Part shown: positions 36,501-45,297 of the stretch, one piece after another
Layout: each line of letters opens with the position of its first letter
Position numbering within the stretch: position 1 is the first letter of the stretch
IMG/VR virus record: IMGVR_UViG_3300049792_000048
Span: 131,775-195,774 of that record
Strand: one strand, 5' to 3'
DNA from: a virus
Lineage: Duplodnaviria; Caudoviricetes
DNA length: 64,000 nt
Notes under the pieces: model-generated
What the model was told of the DNA's origin: nothing
Database searches by the model: none
The model's input: the letters and a program-made list of their open reading frames with translations, nothing else
Translations under genes and position numbers: made by a program

Positions 36501-36691
36501 TGGATCACGACTATGAGAAGATGAAGGCCCTCGCGAAGGACCTTCGTGAGCTGGTGATGAAGCACAACATCGTCATCATTACGACCACACAGGCATATCC
36601 GGATCGCCCACGACGTAGTACGTCGATGCCTGTCGAGTACCCCGAAATCATCTTCTTCGACTACGTCGATGTGCCATGGAGGCCTCGATGA
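36500..36691 (+). CDS. 63-aa protein with DnaB-like motifs in swapped order
   Basis: LAKDLRELVMKHNIVIITTTQ followed by PEIIFFDYVD; overlaps both neighbours. Confidence 0.6.
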   Translation: MDHDYEKMKALAKDLRELVMKHNIVIITTTQAYPDRPRRSTSMPVEYPEIIFFDYVDVPWRPR

Positions 36692-37119
36692 CGAAGTTGG
36701 GCGCGAAGAAGAACCGCGAGAAGAACATCTGGACCTACGACGGACATGACCGTGAAGAGGGTGAAGTCATCTGCTTCACGGGTTCGAGCGGCATGATGGC
36801 CACCGGTGGTGGCGGAAAGACCGTCGACGACCGTGAGTATGGCGAAGAGGAGGTGAAGATTGCGTGCGAGTGGACGCTGGTCTTCATGCTGTTGTTCGGC
36901 AACCGCAACAGCTCTCGATGGGCCATCGAGTGCATGGAGCTCGCGTTCGAGTATCCGCACGGCTCGTACCGTCACATCTTCTGGTGGTCAGCACGAACTC
37001 TCTGCAATGAGAGGGGACACTCACCGTTTACGCTCGAAGAGTTTCGAGAATACATGGCGAGCAAGACTCTCGACTTCGAGCCGACGGGGTGGATCAAGAA
37101 GGACGGCCCGCAATGGTGA
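36688..37119 (+). CDS. hypothetical protein
   Basis: GGAGG SD; ATGA overlap. Confidence 0.65.
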   Translation: MTKLGAKKNREKNIWTYDGHDREEGEVICFTGSSGMMATGGGGKTVDDREYGEEEVKIACEWTLVFMLLFGNRNSSRWAIECMELAFEYPHGSYRHIFWWSARTLCNERGHSPFTLEEFREYMASKTLDFEPTGWIKKDGPQW

Positions 37120-37649
37120 ACATCGCGGCGCTGTTGACCATCAGCATCATCCTCGTCTACGCCGTGATGGCGGTGATGTCTCCCATCAAGAAGGAGACGA
37201 TCTGGGGTAATGCGGGGCCGTACCTCACCCGCATCACGCTGTTCAGCCTGGGCAAGAAGGGGATCCGACTCAAACTTCATCAGTTCCACCGCTCTGATGA
37301 GGACGCCGAACTGCACAGCCATCCATGGAAGTGGGGCATCGCTTTCGTGCTGTGGGGCGGGTACGTCGAAGAGCGGTGGGATGGGACTAAGGTGGTCACG
37401 AAGACTGTGTACCCGGGCATGATCAACATCATCCGCCGGGACACCTTTCATCGAGTCGACCTACGGAAGAGCAGTGCTTGGACGCTGTTCTTGGTTGGGC
37501 CGATTCTGGATACCTGGTACTTCCTCGACCCCAAGACGGGCAAGCGTTGGTACTGGAAAGACTTCATCAAGATGAAGGGGCTGACGCCCCTCGAAGGGAT
37601 CGAAGATGGACAAGAAGAAGATGGGCGGGACGCAGGAGACCTTTACTGA
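37113..37649 (+). CDS. cupin-fold protein with N-terminal TM segment
   Basis: LHQFHRSDED.ELHSHPW...GGYVEE...FHRV...WTLF. Confidence 0.75.
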   Translation: MVNIAALLTISIILVYAVMAVMSPIKKETIWGNAGPYLTRITLFSLGKKGIRLKLHQFHRSDEDAELHSHPWKWGIAFVLWGGYVEERWDGTKVVTKTVYPGMINIIRRDTFHRVDLRKSSAWTLFLVGPILDTWYFLDPKTGKRWYWKDFIKMKGLTPLEGIEDGQEEDGRDAGDLY

Positions 37650-37893
37650 GAAGGTCTACGAAATCGTGGGTCGTCATCTCGATGCTGATCGCGTGGCGAT
37701 GAAGCCAGAATCGAAGTTGGTAGACGACCTAGGAGCAGATGATCTCGCACTCATCGAGATTCTCATCGAGTTCGAGGAGCAGTTCGAGTTCGACATCCCC
37801 GACGGGGAGCTCTTCTCTGCTGGCGAGACTACACAGGAGACGATGAAGGATGTCGTCTGCTACCTGCTGAGCCGGATCGAGTTCACGCCGTGA
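37606..37893 (+). CDS. acyl carrier protein homologue lacking the Ppant serine
   Basis: KVYEIV..HL...PESKLVDDLGADDLALIEILIEFEEQFEFDIPD...TMKDVV.YL is an AcpP pattern with DDL in place of DSL. Confidence 0.85.
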   Translation: MDKKKMGGTQETFTEKVYEIVGRHLDADRVAMKPESKLVDDLGADDLALIEILIEFEEQFEFDIPDGELFSAGETTQETMKDVVCYLLSRIEFTP

Positions 37894-38141
37894 AGAGCCC
37901 CACGATGTTGCAGTGGCTGTTCGGGGGCACGGTCAATGCAAACCGCAGCATGACGTTCTATCCCTGGGAAAATGATGATCCCGGGCTCGACGGTGTTCGG
38001 TGCGTCCTGAAGGTGACCCGGGGAAGTACCTCGCATACCTCTGAGATCCCTTGGGAGGAGAAGATTGCGGAGGGTACTGGGCTGACGATGGAAGAGGCGT
38101 TCGATAAGGCCTACGACAGTCTCGTAGGATGGCTGGTGTGA
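37890..38141 (+). CDS. hypothetical protein
   Basis: GTGA overlap. Confidence 0.55.
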   Translation: MKSPTMLQWLFGGTVNANRSMTFYPWENDDPGLDGVRCVLKVTRGSTSHTSEIPWEEKIAEGTGLTMEEAFDKAYDSLVGWLV

Positions 38142-38190
38142 CATGAACTTGGTGTTGAAGGAGCTCTGATGCCGCGAATCGCGAAGAAGT

Positions 38191-38547
38191 ATGTTGAGGC
38201 CGCAAAGAAGGACGGGAGACGTCCTCCTCTCCCTGAAGCTCGACATGAACCACGTCAAAGAAGTGCACCGGAAGAAGGGAAGCATCCTCAACCTCGGTGA
38301 GTTCGGGTATCTCGGCGCGATTTCACCAAAGACCGCCGTCGACATCTACGAAGCCTTCACCGCAGGCACAAGGAAGAGCCTGACGAAAGAGCAAGAGATG
38401 CTGATGGACTTGCTCAACGGATGTAAACGCTGGGAGGAGATCCACGAACAGACCGGTCTTCCGCAGAAGCGCTGCGAGGAGATCTACGAGTTCTACATGA
38501 CCACCGATCGTGATCTCTGGCTGAAGCCAAAGACGAAGGAGAGCTGA
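38191..38547 (+). CDS. hypothetical protein (start uncertain)
   Basis: Coding-like ORF with an HTH-like C-terminus. Confidence 0.55.
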   Translation: MLRPQRRTGDVLLSLKLDMNHVKEVHRKKGSILNLGEFGYLGAISPKTAVDIYEAFTAGTRKSLTKEQEMLMDLLNGCKRWEEIHEQTGLPQKRCEEIYEFYMTTDRDLWLKPKTKES

Positions 38548-38549
38548 CA

Positions 38550-38753
38550 ATGGAGATCAAGGTCGAGCTCAGCAGCGCATCTGAAACCCACTTGCGACGC
38601 TTCGTGAAGTTCTTGGGTACGAAGTGGGCAGACACCAACGTAGATTCAGCGATCTCACTGAAAGAAGGTGAGCTACTCGGCGATTCCTCGGAAGTGATGA
38701 CGGCCCTCATCGCCAAGTATGTGGAGTGGCTGAAAGCAGGAGAGCCCGCATAG
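38550..38753 (+). CDS. hypothetical protein
   Basis: AAGGAG SD. Confidence 0.55.
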   Translation: MEIKVELSSASETHLRRFVKFLGTKWADTNVDSAISLKEGELLGDSSEVMTALIAKYVEWLKAGEPA

Positions 38754-39005
38754 ATGTGGTGGACATCTGGGACAGCTCGCCTGGCAACGGGTGAGCTGGA
38801 AGTCCTGAAGCGCAAGGTCAAGTTCAACCTGGACATCACCACGCTCAAGGGCTGGGAGTGGTACGGCGAGCCCACCCGCGAGTGGGCTTGGGGCCGCAGT
38901 TTCAGTCGTTTCGATAGCGGGGCCTGGTACGCGAAGCTCAGGATCCTAGGGGTCGAGCTTCAGGTGTATCGCCACCGTACCCCGGAAACCCCTATCAAGA
39001 ACTAG
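38754..39005 (+). CDS. Trp-rich hypothetical protein
   Basis: ATG directly follows the upstream TAG. Confidence 0.55.
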   Translation: MWWTSGTARLATGELEVLKRKVKFNLDITTLKGWEWYGEPTREWAWGRSFSRFDSGAWYAKLRILGVELQVYRHRTPETPIKN

Positions 39006-39009
39006 AAGG
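38992..39009 (+). promoter_or_regulatory. putative phage promoter motif
   Basis: CTATCAAGAACTAGAAGG. Confidence 0.4.
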
Positions 39010-39029
39010 GCGTGGTTCGCCCTCTGGAG

Positions 39030-39728
39030 ATGAGCATGACGATCAGAGAGATGTACTTCAGCGTCGACATGGAAGCCGACGGCCGAGCCCCTGGGCTCTC
39101 CTCGATGCTCAGCATTGGGGTAGTCGCCATCGACCCCATCACCTTGGAGTTCTGTGGCGACTTCTACGCAACACTTCAACGGTTGCCCGAAGCTCAGCCC
39201 GACAACGACACCATGAACTTTTGGGACAAGCACCCCAAGCAGTGGGTGGAGGCGCGGGAGAACCCGCAAGACCCTGGTGAAGCCATGATGAACTTGCAGG
39301 CGTGGGTCAGGGCCAAGCAAGTGGAGATCGGAGCCATCCACGGATCTGAGAAGCCCGACAAGCCGCCCTATGCAGTCTTCGTCGCCAACCCCGCGGGATT
39401 CGACTTCACGTGGGTGTACTACTACCTGCACCGCTTCGTCGGTGAGTCGTGCTTCGGCTTCAGTGCCCTCGACATGACCACCTTCGCTGCAACACTGCTG
39501 GGCGTCCCCTTCACGGCGAAGGACAAGATGTTGCCGGAGTGGGAGAGCGTGTTCCCGCACACTCACAACGCACTGGAGGATGCACGCTCGCAGGGCGACA
39601 CCTTCAGGAAGATGTTGAAGTGGCGTCAGATGCGGATGTTCTACGATCTCCGCACCGAGATCGCGAGGCCGTACAGCGCACCTGCCGAGCTCATCGCATC
39701 TGACGGAAGCGTGATCATCAATGGCTAG
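39030..39728 (+). CDS. DEDDh 3'-5' exonuclease (Rv2179c-like)
   Basis: SVDMEADG, NPAGFDF, HTHNALEDA. Confidence 0.88.
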   Translation: MSMTIREMYFSVDMEADGRAPGLSSMLSIGVVAIDPITLEFCGDFYATLQRLPEAQPDNDTMNFWDKHPKQWVEARENPQDPGEAMMNLQAWVRAKQVEIGAIHGSEKPDKPPYAVFVANPAGFDFTWVYYYLHRFVGESCFGFSALDMTTFAATLLGVPFTAKDKMLPEWESVFPHTHNALEDARSQGDTFRKMLKWRQMRMFYDLRTEIARPYSAPAELIASDGSVIING

Positions 39729-39912
39729 AGAAGACGATGAAACCAAAGAGATGCCTCCTCCGAAGAAGGTCTCCAAGGTCCGTCTCGCAATGTTGAAGAA
39801 GCAGGCTCTTCTCCAAGGTGGTGGCAACGCCTGTCTGCCAGGAAATGAACTCGTAGGCATCATCCACGAGCTCGAAGAGCTCAAGTTCCGCATGGAAGGT
39901 CTGGAGAAATGA
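39721..39912 (+). CDS. small hypothetical protein
   Basis: Overlap-coupled; ends FRMEGLEK. Confidence 0.55.
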   Translation: MAREDDETKEMPPPKKVSKVRLAMLKKQALLQGGGNACLPGNELVGIIHELEELKFRMEGLEK

Positions 39913-40145
39913 AGAACGTCGAAGGAGCAGAAGAAGCGAAGACGCTTTCCATCGAGGAGATTATCGAAGCTCAAGGTTGGAACGAGGCAAGCGTCAACGA
40001 CCTCCTGTTCAGCTACATCGAGAATCAGGGTTCGATGGATGCACTTCGCGACTTCCTGGAGAAGGCAGCGGGTGAAGAGAACTCCTCCGAGCAGAGCCCG
40101 CCACATGATGCAGCGACGGCCACAGGGATGTACGACCACGATTGA
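39909..40145 (+). CDS. small acidic protein
   Basis: QGWN..S...LL..YIE motif. Confidence 0.6.
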   Translation: MKNVEGAEEAKTLSIEEIIEAQGWNEASVNDLLFSYIENQGSMDALRDFLEKAAGEENSSEQSPPHDAATATGMYDHD

Positions 40146-40148
40146 GGG

Positions 40149-40340
40149 ATGAAGATGAAGAACCGCTTCCGTTTTTACAAGGAAGACGTCGAGTGTGTGA
40201 AGGAGAAGGAGTAGCCACTCATCGCACTCGTTTTCGACACCCGAACGAGAGACAAGAACGGTGCTCGTGTCGAGTATCACGGTGTCGGTGACATGAAGAT
40301 GGTACGGGAAATCGCCAAGCTCATCAAGAAGTTCAACTGA
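40149..40340 (+). pseudogene. 63-codon frame interrupted by one in-frame TAG (40212-40214)
   Basis: MKMKNRF...KEKE*PLIALVFD...KKFN-TGA; the TGA overlaps the next ATG. Confidence 0.4.
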
Positions 40341-41098
40341 TGCTGCCTGTCGTTACGTACACGTCGGCTGAACTGCAAGAGCACATCAGCCGATGGGACA
40401 ACGTTTCGCTGCATCACACGTCGTACGGTAAAGGCAGTAAGCAGCATTCGATCAGGTGGCTCTACGAGAGCCGCTCGCAGATCATCTTGCTGTTCAGTGA
40501 CGTCTGGCGTGGTGACGACAAGCAGTGCTTCGCTCGCATCATGATGCCCAAGGGGATCTGGCTGCATGCTCGGGTCACCGGCATCGAGATGAATGACTAC
40601 CCCATGTTCGAGCGGAACATGGGGCTGAAGCGCGACACGCTCATGAAGCTGAGCTACCAGCACAAGTCTCTCCTTTCGAGGCACAGCACGCCCCTGCGTC
40701 CCGGCAACATCACGAGCCAGTGGACGAGGCACGTGAAGCACAGTCGCGACTTCGACTATCGCGCCTACTACAAGGCGTTGCGTGAGGTGGTGCCCGAGTC
40801 CGTGATGCACGAGCTGATGGCTCGCATCAGCGTCGATCGCGGACAGGCTTACCACCAAGCAAACCGCTTCGATTGGGAGAAGGCGTACTGGCACGTGATG
40901 AGTGAGATCGAAAGCGCTTTCCGATACGAGACGGCGAACAAGTACTACGTCGACAACCGGCGGGTCGCGAAGGTCGGCAACCGTCAACACTTCCATCACT
41001 ACATGAAGCAGAAGAGCAAAGGCTGCTGCGGCAGCTACGACACCGTCGTCACGCTGTCCGATGGGCAGTATCACTTGGGGTTCAACTATGGGCACTGA
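40340..41098 (+). CDS. hypothetical protein
   Basis: C-terminal VDN.R...GCCGSYD...GFNYGH motif. Confidence 0.7.
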   Translation: MLPVVTYTSAELQEHISRWDNVSLHHTSYGKGSKQHSIRWLYESRSQIILLFSDVWRGDDKQCFARIMMPKGIWLHARVTGIEMNDYPMFERNMGLKRDTLMKLSYQHKSLLSRHSTPLRPGNITSQWTRHVKHSRDFDYRAYYKALREVVPESVMHELMARISVDRGQAYHQANRFDWEKAYWHVMSEIESAFRYETANKYYVDNRRVAKVGNRQHFHHYMKQKSKGCCGSYDTVVTLSDGQYHLGFNYGH

Positions 41099-41639
41099 CA
41101 GAGACAGGTCGAGCGTGTTGGTACAGCGAGCTCATTCCCCGGCCACCAAGATCGTTATCAACTTGGAGCAGTTCACAGATCGAATGGCCGAGGACGGCCC
41201 ACAGTCACCCGACATCGTCGTGAAAGAACATCCCTCGGAGCCGGAATGCTTCGAGCTGCGTTCTGAGTGTGGCTTCGCCGTCCTCAACAAGGGCGAGATG
41301 AAGAAGGCGGCACATGCTCTTCTGGAGCTCGCAGACAGTGAGGACCTCGGTTCGTGCTGGATCTGTCGCCTCCCTCTCACACGCCCAGCTCCGGGTAGGA
41401 TCGGATGCCTTCGTTGCGACGACTCCATGACTGATGCCGAGGTCAAGGACAAGATGAAGGAGCTCGAACGGATGTCCAAGTTGATGGAGGCCGTCAAGAA
41501 GCTCGACGGTGGCCACCACTACGAACTGCGAAAGGGCATGGGCAAGAACCCGTGGATAGCGTGCTACCCCGGTGACGCTCACGGGAACTCCAGCCCCACG
41601 TTCGAGGAGATGCTTCTCTCACTTGCAGGAGATCTGTAA
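41088..41639 (+). CDS. Zn-ribbon-containing protein
   Basis: CWIC...CLRC. Confidence 0.65.
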   Translation: MGTDRDRSSVLVQRAHSPATKIVINLEQFTDRMAEDGPQSPDIVVKEHPSEPECFELRSECGFAVLNKGEMKKAAHALLELADSEDLGSCWICRLPLTRPAPGRIGCLRCDDSMTDAEVKDKMKELERMSKLMEAVKKLDGGHHYELRKGMGKNPWIACYPGDAHGNSSPTFEEMLLSLAGDL

Positions 41640-41641
41640 AC

Positions 41642-42304
41642 ATGATCTTCCGAACCGTGCAGCTCGATCCACCATGGCTCGAACGTGGCGGCGGGAAGAG
41701 TGTACGTGGTGCTCAGCGCCACTACCCTCTTTTGCCAACCCCCAAGATCTTGGAGGTGGTGAGCGAGTGCCCCTACTTCCAGTTCGAGGAGAATGCGCAC
41801 TGCTTTCTTTGGGTCACTGACAACTTCTTGAAGGACGGCCTCTGGCTGATGGACAATCTCGGCTTCGAGTTCAAGAGGACTTTCCAGTGGATCAAGGTGA
41901 AGGGAAAGCCCAAGAAGCTCGATTTCGAGACAGGACATGCTGTTGATCTGGAACACCCGCCGCACTGTGCGACGAAGGTGAATCTGGGCTGCGACTGCGG
42001 TGCGGATGTCGAACTTCGCTATGGGATTGGTCAGTACGCTCGTGGAGCTCACGAGATGATGCTGTTCGGTACACGTGGCAAGGGGCAGGATGAGAGCGTC
42101 TTCTCGGGTGCTCGCAATATCCCCAGTGCGTTCTTCGCGCCAGTACCGAGAGATGCGGACAACAAGCGTATTCACTCACGAAAACCGGATGCGGCCTACG
42201 AGCTCATCGAGGCGCGGTCGAAGGGCCCTTACCTTGAGGTGTTTGCACGAAGAAATCTTCCAAACTGGACTTCTTGGGGTTTGGAGGTACAAGGTTCAGG
42301 ATGA
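41642..42304 (+). CDS. MT-A70 family N6-adenine methyltransferase
   Basis: DPPW, CFLWVT, WIK, HSRKP, LEVFAR, W..WG. Confidence 0.9.
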   Translation: MIFRTVQLDPPWLERGGGKSVRGAQRHYPLLPTPKILEVVSECPYFQFEENAHCFLWVTDNFLKDGLWLMDNLGFEFKRTFQWIKVKGKPKKLDFETGHAVDLEHPPHCATKVNLGCDCGADVELRYGIGQYARGAHEMMLFGTRGKGQDESVFSGARNIPSAFFAPVPRDADNKRIHSRKPDAAYELIEARSKGPYLEVFARRNLPNWTSWGLEVQGSG

Positions 42305-42891
42305 AGATGACGTGTTCCAGCTGCGAGAAGAAGTACCCACATACGGCGGAGTTCTTCCTGCCTGCCAAACAATGCAGGGGTGGAGTATCCCGTCTCTGCC
42401 GTGTGTGCGTGCGCCGCAGAAGGAAGGCGTGGTCCAAGAAGAACCGCGTGAAGATCCTTGCTCGTAGGAGGGGGCTGTACCTCTCCTCAGAGAAGGTAGC
42501 GGAGGCACGTAGAAAGAAAGCTCGTTGGAAGAGCGATCCCATTCGGCAGCGGGCAATGACCATGCAGCAGAGCTTGGTGAATCGCGCCAAGGAGCAAGGG
42601 CTGCCACTTAGTCAGGAGTTGAGGCGGTCCTCGTGGTTCGCAGACCAGCTTCGTGCGCTCCCATCATGCCCCTGTTGTGGAAAGCCCTTCGACCTCTCGG
42701 GGGCGATTGGTAGAGGTAATCATGGCCCCAGCAATCGCTCTCCATCTGTCGACCGCTTGGTACCTTCGAGAGGGTATGTTGTGGGGAACATCAAGATCAT
42801 CTGCTGGCGATGCAACAACCTGAAAAGGGATGCAACCGTCGCTGAACTTGAAAACGTGATGTTGTGGATGCTGCGAGAAGGATTGGAGTAG
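42301..42891 (+). CDS. HNH endonuclease
   Basis: CSSC/CRVC N-terminus; CPCCG; SPSVDRLVPSRGYVVGNIKIICWRCNNLK. Confidence 0.85.
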   Translation: MKMTCSSCEKKYPHTAEFFLPAKQCRGGVSRLCRVCVRRRRKAWSKKNRVKILARRRGLYLSSEKVAEARRKKARWKSDPIRQRAMTMQQSLVNRAKEQGLPLSQELRRSSWFADQLRALPSCPCCGKPFDLSGAIGRGNHGPSNRSPSVDRLVPSRGYVVGNIKIICWRCNNLKRDATVAELENVMLWMLREGLE

Positions 42892-42894
42892 AAC

Positions 42895-43431
42895 ATGAAG
42901 ATTGTCATCACGAAGCAGAACGTCATCGATGGGCTGACGAAGGAGCCCATTTTCCGTCTGAGGCCTGGGGCGTGGATGGACCGCTCCATCGCCAAACAGG
43001 AAGACTGCCCTCGCTGTGCTGTGGGGTGTGTGCTCGCCAATGTGTTGTCCGACCGAAACGGGCTGGGCCTCACTCTCGCCGACATCGTCAATGAGGTCGC
43101 CGGGAAGATGACTTCTGGCTACTCGATCACGCCCGAGGATTTTGGTGGCGATGAGCCACTCACGGATGACGCAGTCTTCGATGAGGCCATGCACCTCTTG
43201 AGTAAGCAGAAGCAGCCCGTGGCTGCGCTCTCCTGCTACTTCGAGGGTCATTGCGACATTCGTAGGGCGGAGAGGGAAGAACTGAGCGCAGATCCAAACA
43301 TGCAAGAGGTGGTGCACGCAGCTCGCGAAGACACCATCGTGTTCGTTCGTAATCACTTCCCAGAGTCGTTCATCGTCGATATCAACGGCTTCGAACCGAT
43401 GACTGATGTCAAGGTTGTCGAAGGAACATGA
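42895..43431 (+). CDS. hypothetical protein
   Basis: CPRCAVGCVL motif. Confidence 0.65.
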   Translation: MKIVITKQNVIDGLTKEPIFRLRPGAWMDRSIAKQEDCPRCAVGCVLANVLSDRNGLGLTLADIVNEVAGKMTSGYSITPEDFGGDEPLTDDAVFDEAMHLLSKQKQPVAALSCYFEGHCDIRRAEREELSADPNMQEVVHAAREDTIVFVRNHFPESFIVDINGFEPMTDVKVVEGT

Positions 43432-43643
43432 ACCTGCCACGTCTTGCCAAGCTCCTTGTAGGTCGTGGGATCTGGGAGCGTTTCGCCGAGGAGCTGCCGA
43501 ACGGTGAGGTGGAGTTCTTCGCAGATCTCGCTTTGTATGCGAACGCCGGCATTCAAGTCATCCTTGCGGAAAGCGAGGACTGGCCACCTACAGCAATCAT
43601 CGGGGAAGACGACAAGGGGCGGCGGTACTTGCTCCAGGAGTAG
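43428..43643 (+). CDS. small hypothetical protein
   Basis: AAGGAACATG start. Confidence 0.6.
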   Translation: MNLPRLAKLLVGRGIWERFAEELPNGEVEFFADLALYANAGIQVILAESEDWPPTAIIGEDDKGRRYLLQE

Positions 43644-43648
43644 CTGAG

Positions 43649-43831
43649 ATGGATCCGAATGCGTGCCTGGATCGAATGGAATCGGCGATTGCAGCCGAGG
43701 ATGAGCAAGAAGCTCAGGAGGCGTACGTCGACTACTGGGCGTGGCGGAACCGTGGAGGCTTCGAGCCAGAGGGTGGCGACCAGCGAGCTCAGCGCCTTCA
43801 GCAGCAATGCTCGTGGGGCACCGAGGGCTAG
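43649..43831 (+). CDS. small phage protein (MDPNA...W..RGGF.P family)
   Basis: Motif as named; AGGAG SD. Confidence 0.65.
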   Translation: MDPNACLDRMESAIAAEDEQEAQEAYVDYWAWRNRGGFEPEGGDQRAQRLQQQCSWGTEG

Positions 43832-44230
43832 GTGGAGCTCCTCGAATACAGTGCAATACACAGCGAACACTGGGAGGCGATCGATGATGCTCGTCGACGT
43901 ACCGGTGGGTGGTGGAAGAACGTGAAGACTCTGCGCATCCGGTTCTCAGATGATGTTCTCAGCGACGTGGACTTCACTGTCCTCGAAGTGGGTGTTGGTG
44001 GTGGAGAAGTCGTTCAGCTTCGCATCATCCAGAATGGCCGCTACTCCTACAAGGTGAAGGATGGTCCCTTCCTGCTTTGGGGATTCGACACCTTCTTGCA
44101 GTGGTTCTTGCAGAGCAGCCCGCAGGAACAGCATCCGCGTGGACTGAAGGAAGTGTGGATTCGCAACAAGTGGTCGGAAGGCCAAGCTGCGTTGGTTGCA
44201 CTCAATGAAGCATTCGTGGAGGCAACATGA
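43832..44230 (+). CDS. hypothetical protein
   Basis: GTG directly after the upstream TAG. Confidence 0.6.
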   Translation: MELLEYSAIHSEHWEAIDDARRRTGGWWKNVKTLRIRFSDDVLSDVDFTVLEVGVGGGEVVQLRIIQNGRYSYKVKDGPFLLWGFDTFLQWFLQSSPQEQHPRGLKEVWIRNKWSEGQAALVALNEAFVEAT

Positions 44231-44394
44231 TGAACAAGGAAGGGTTGACATGGAAGGAGTGGGCTTACGCTGCACTGCCTCCCGATTCACCTAAGCGGGC
44301 GTACGTCGAGTCTCCTGGGAGTCATCAGCTTCTTGATGAACGACGTGCATGGCGTGCCGGGGAAGACCCCACGGAATGGAGGGCCAGCACATGA
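44227..44394 (+). CDS. 55-aa microprotein
   Basis: MMNKEGLTWKEWAYAA...AWRAGEDPTEWRA; ATGA overlaps at both ends. Confidence 0.6.
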   Translation: MMNKEGLTWKEWAYAALPPDSPKRAYVESPGSHQLLDERRAWRAGEDPTEWRAST

Positions 44395-44768
44395 GCAAGA
44401 TCGATAGTGTGTGGACTGCTGGTGGTGTGGAGTGGGACACGTCCTTCAAGGACTTCTTCTTCCACAAGGAGATCAACGTTCAGTCCATTCGCACCGGAGA
44501 CAAGCCGCCGTACATCGTGGTGTCGCTTCATCGCGAAGGCTCCAACCTCATGGGCGAGCTTGGGACGGTCCACGCCACGCTGGTCACCGAAGCGAACCAA
44601 ATCACGGGTGATGAGACCGAAGAAGAGCTCTACAAGAAGATCGAGGACAACGATGCCCGAGTCCTCTACGCCGGTCCGCTCGAAAAAGCGGAAGGCTTCG
44701 CACAAGGAATCGTCGATGGACTTCAACTCGGCGCTGGCCTTGCCCTCGCCACTCCCGCACGTCGATGA
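44391..44768 (+). CDS. hypothetical protein
   Basis: GGAGG SD. Confidence 0.6.
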   Translation: MSKIDSVWTAGGVEWDTSFKDFFFHKEINVQSIRTGDKPPYIVVSLHREGSNLMGELGTVHATLVTEANQITGDETEEELYKKIEDNDARVLYAGPLEKAEGFAQGIVDGLQLGAGLALATPARR

Positions 44769-45297
44769 CTACGTAGGCCGCAAGAACCTCGAACAGCTCA
44801 CACACGGCCGCATCCTTCAGGGCCTCGACATGGATGAGGTGGAGCATCGGGCGAGGCGGCTGCTGTCTCGTTTGAAGTGCAAGCAGCTCAAGGGGTCGCA
44901 ACCCAAGTTCTGCGCCCACTATCCGTACTACACGGAGATGGTTGCGCACGAGCTTGCGCACGCCCGGCTGCTCGACATCCCGTGGAGTACACGACGTCTC
45001 GACTCCGTCATCTACAACCAGATGCGTCCCATGGACAAGGAGCTCTCGAATACCAACGAGTACCAGAGCGCAGCGATCACGATGCTGGTGCTGGAGTACT
45101 TGGGCTTCCCCTATGACGTGCATGGTCTTGCGCTGAGCACGGCGCAGAACATCCGGGGAGAGTCTCTCGCACTAGCCCGGGCGATCTATCCACGCATCTG
45201 CAAGTGGCGGGATGACCCCAAGATGCAGGAAGTGGCTCGACAGATCGCATTCCATCTGCTCAAGATGAAGTATGTCGAAGCCGAAAAAGCGTCCTGA
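44716..45297 (+). CDS. HExxH putative metallopeptidase (start uncertain)
   Basis: AHELAH...NEYQSAA; resembles the 28388 ORF. Confidence 0.55.
   Translation: MDFNSALALPSPLPHVDDYVGRKNLEQLTHGRILQGLDMDEVEHRARRLLSRLKCKQLKGSQPKFCAHYPYYTEMVAHELAHARLLDIPWSTRRLDSVIYNQMRPMDKELSNTNEYQSAAITMLVLEYLGFPYDVHGLALSTAQNIRGESLALARAIYPRICKWRDDPKMQEVARQIAFHLLKMKYVEAEKAS

Noticed and set aside
44245-44271. Sigma70 promoter TTGACA...TACGCT
   Set aside because: The spacer is only 15 nt and it lies inside a well-coupled 55-aa ORF.
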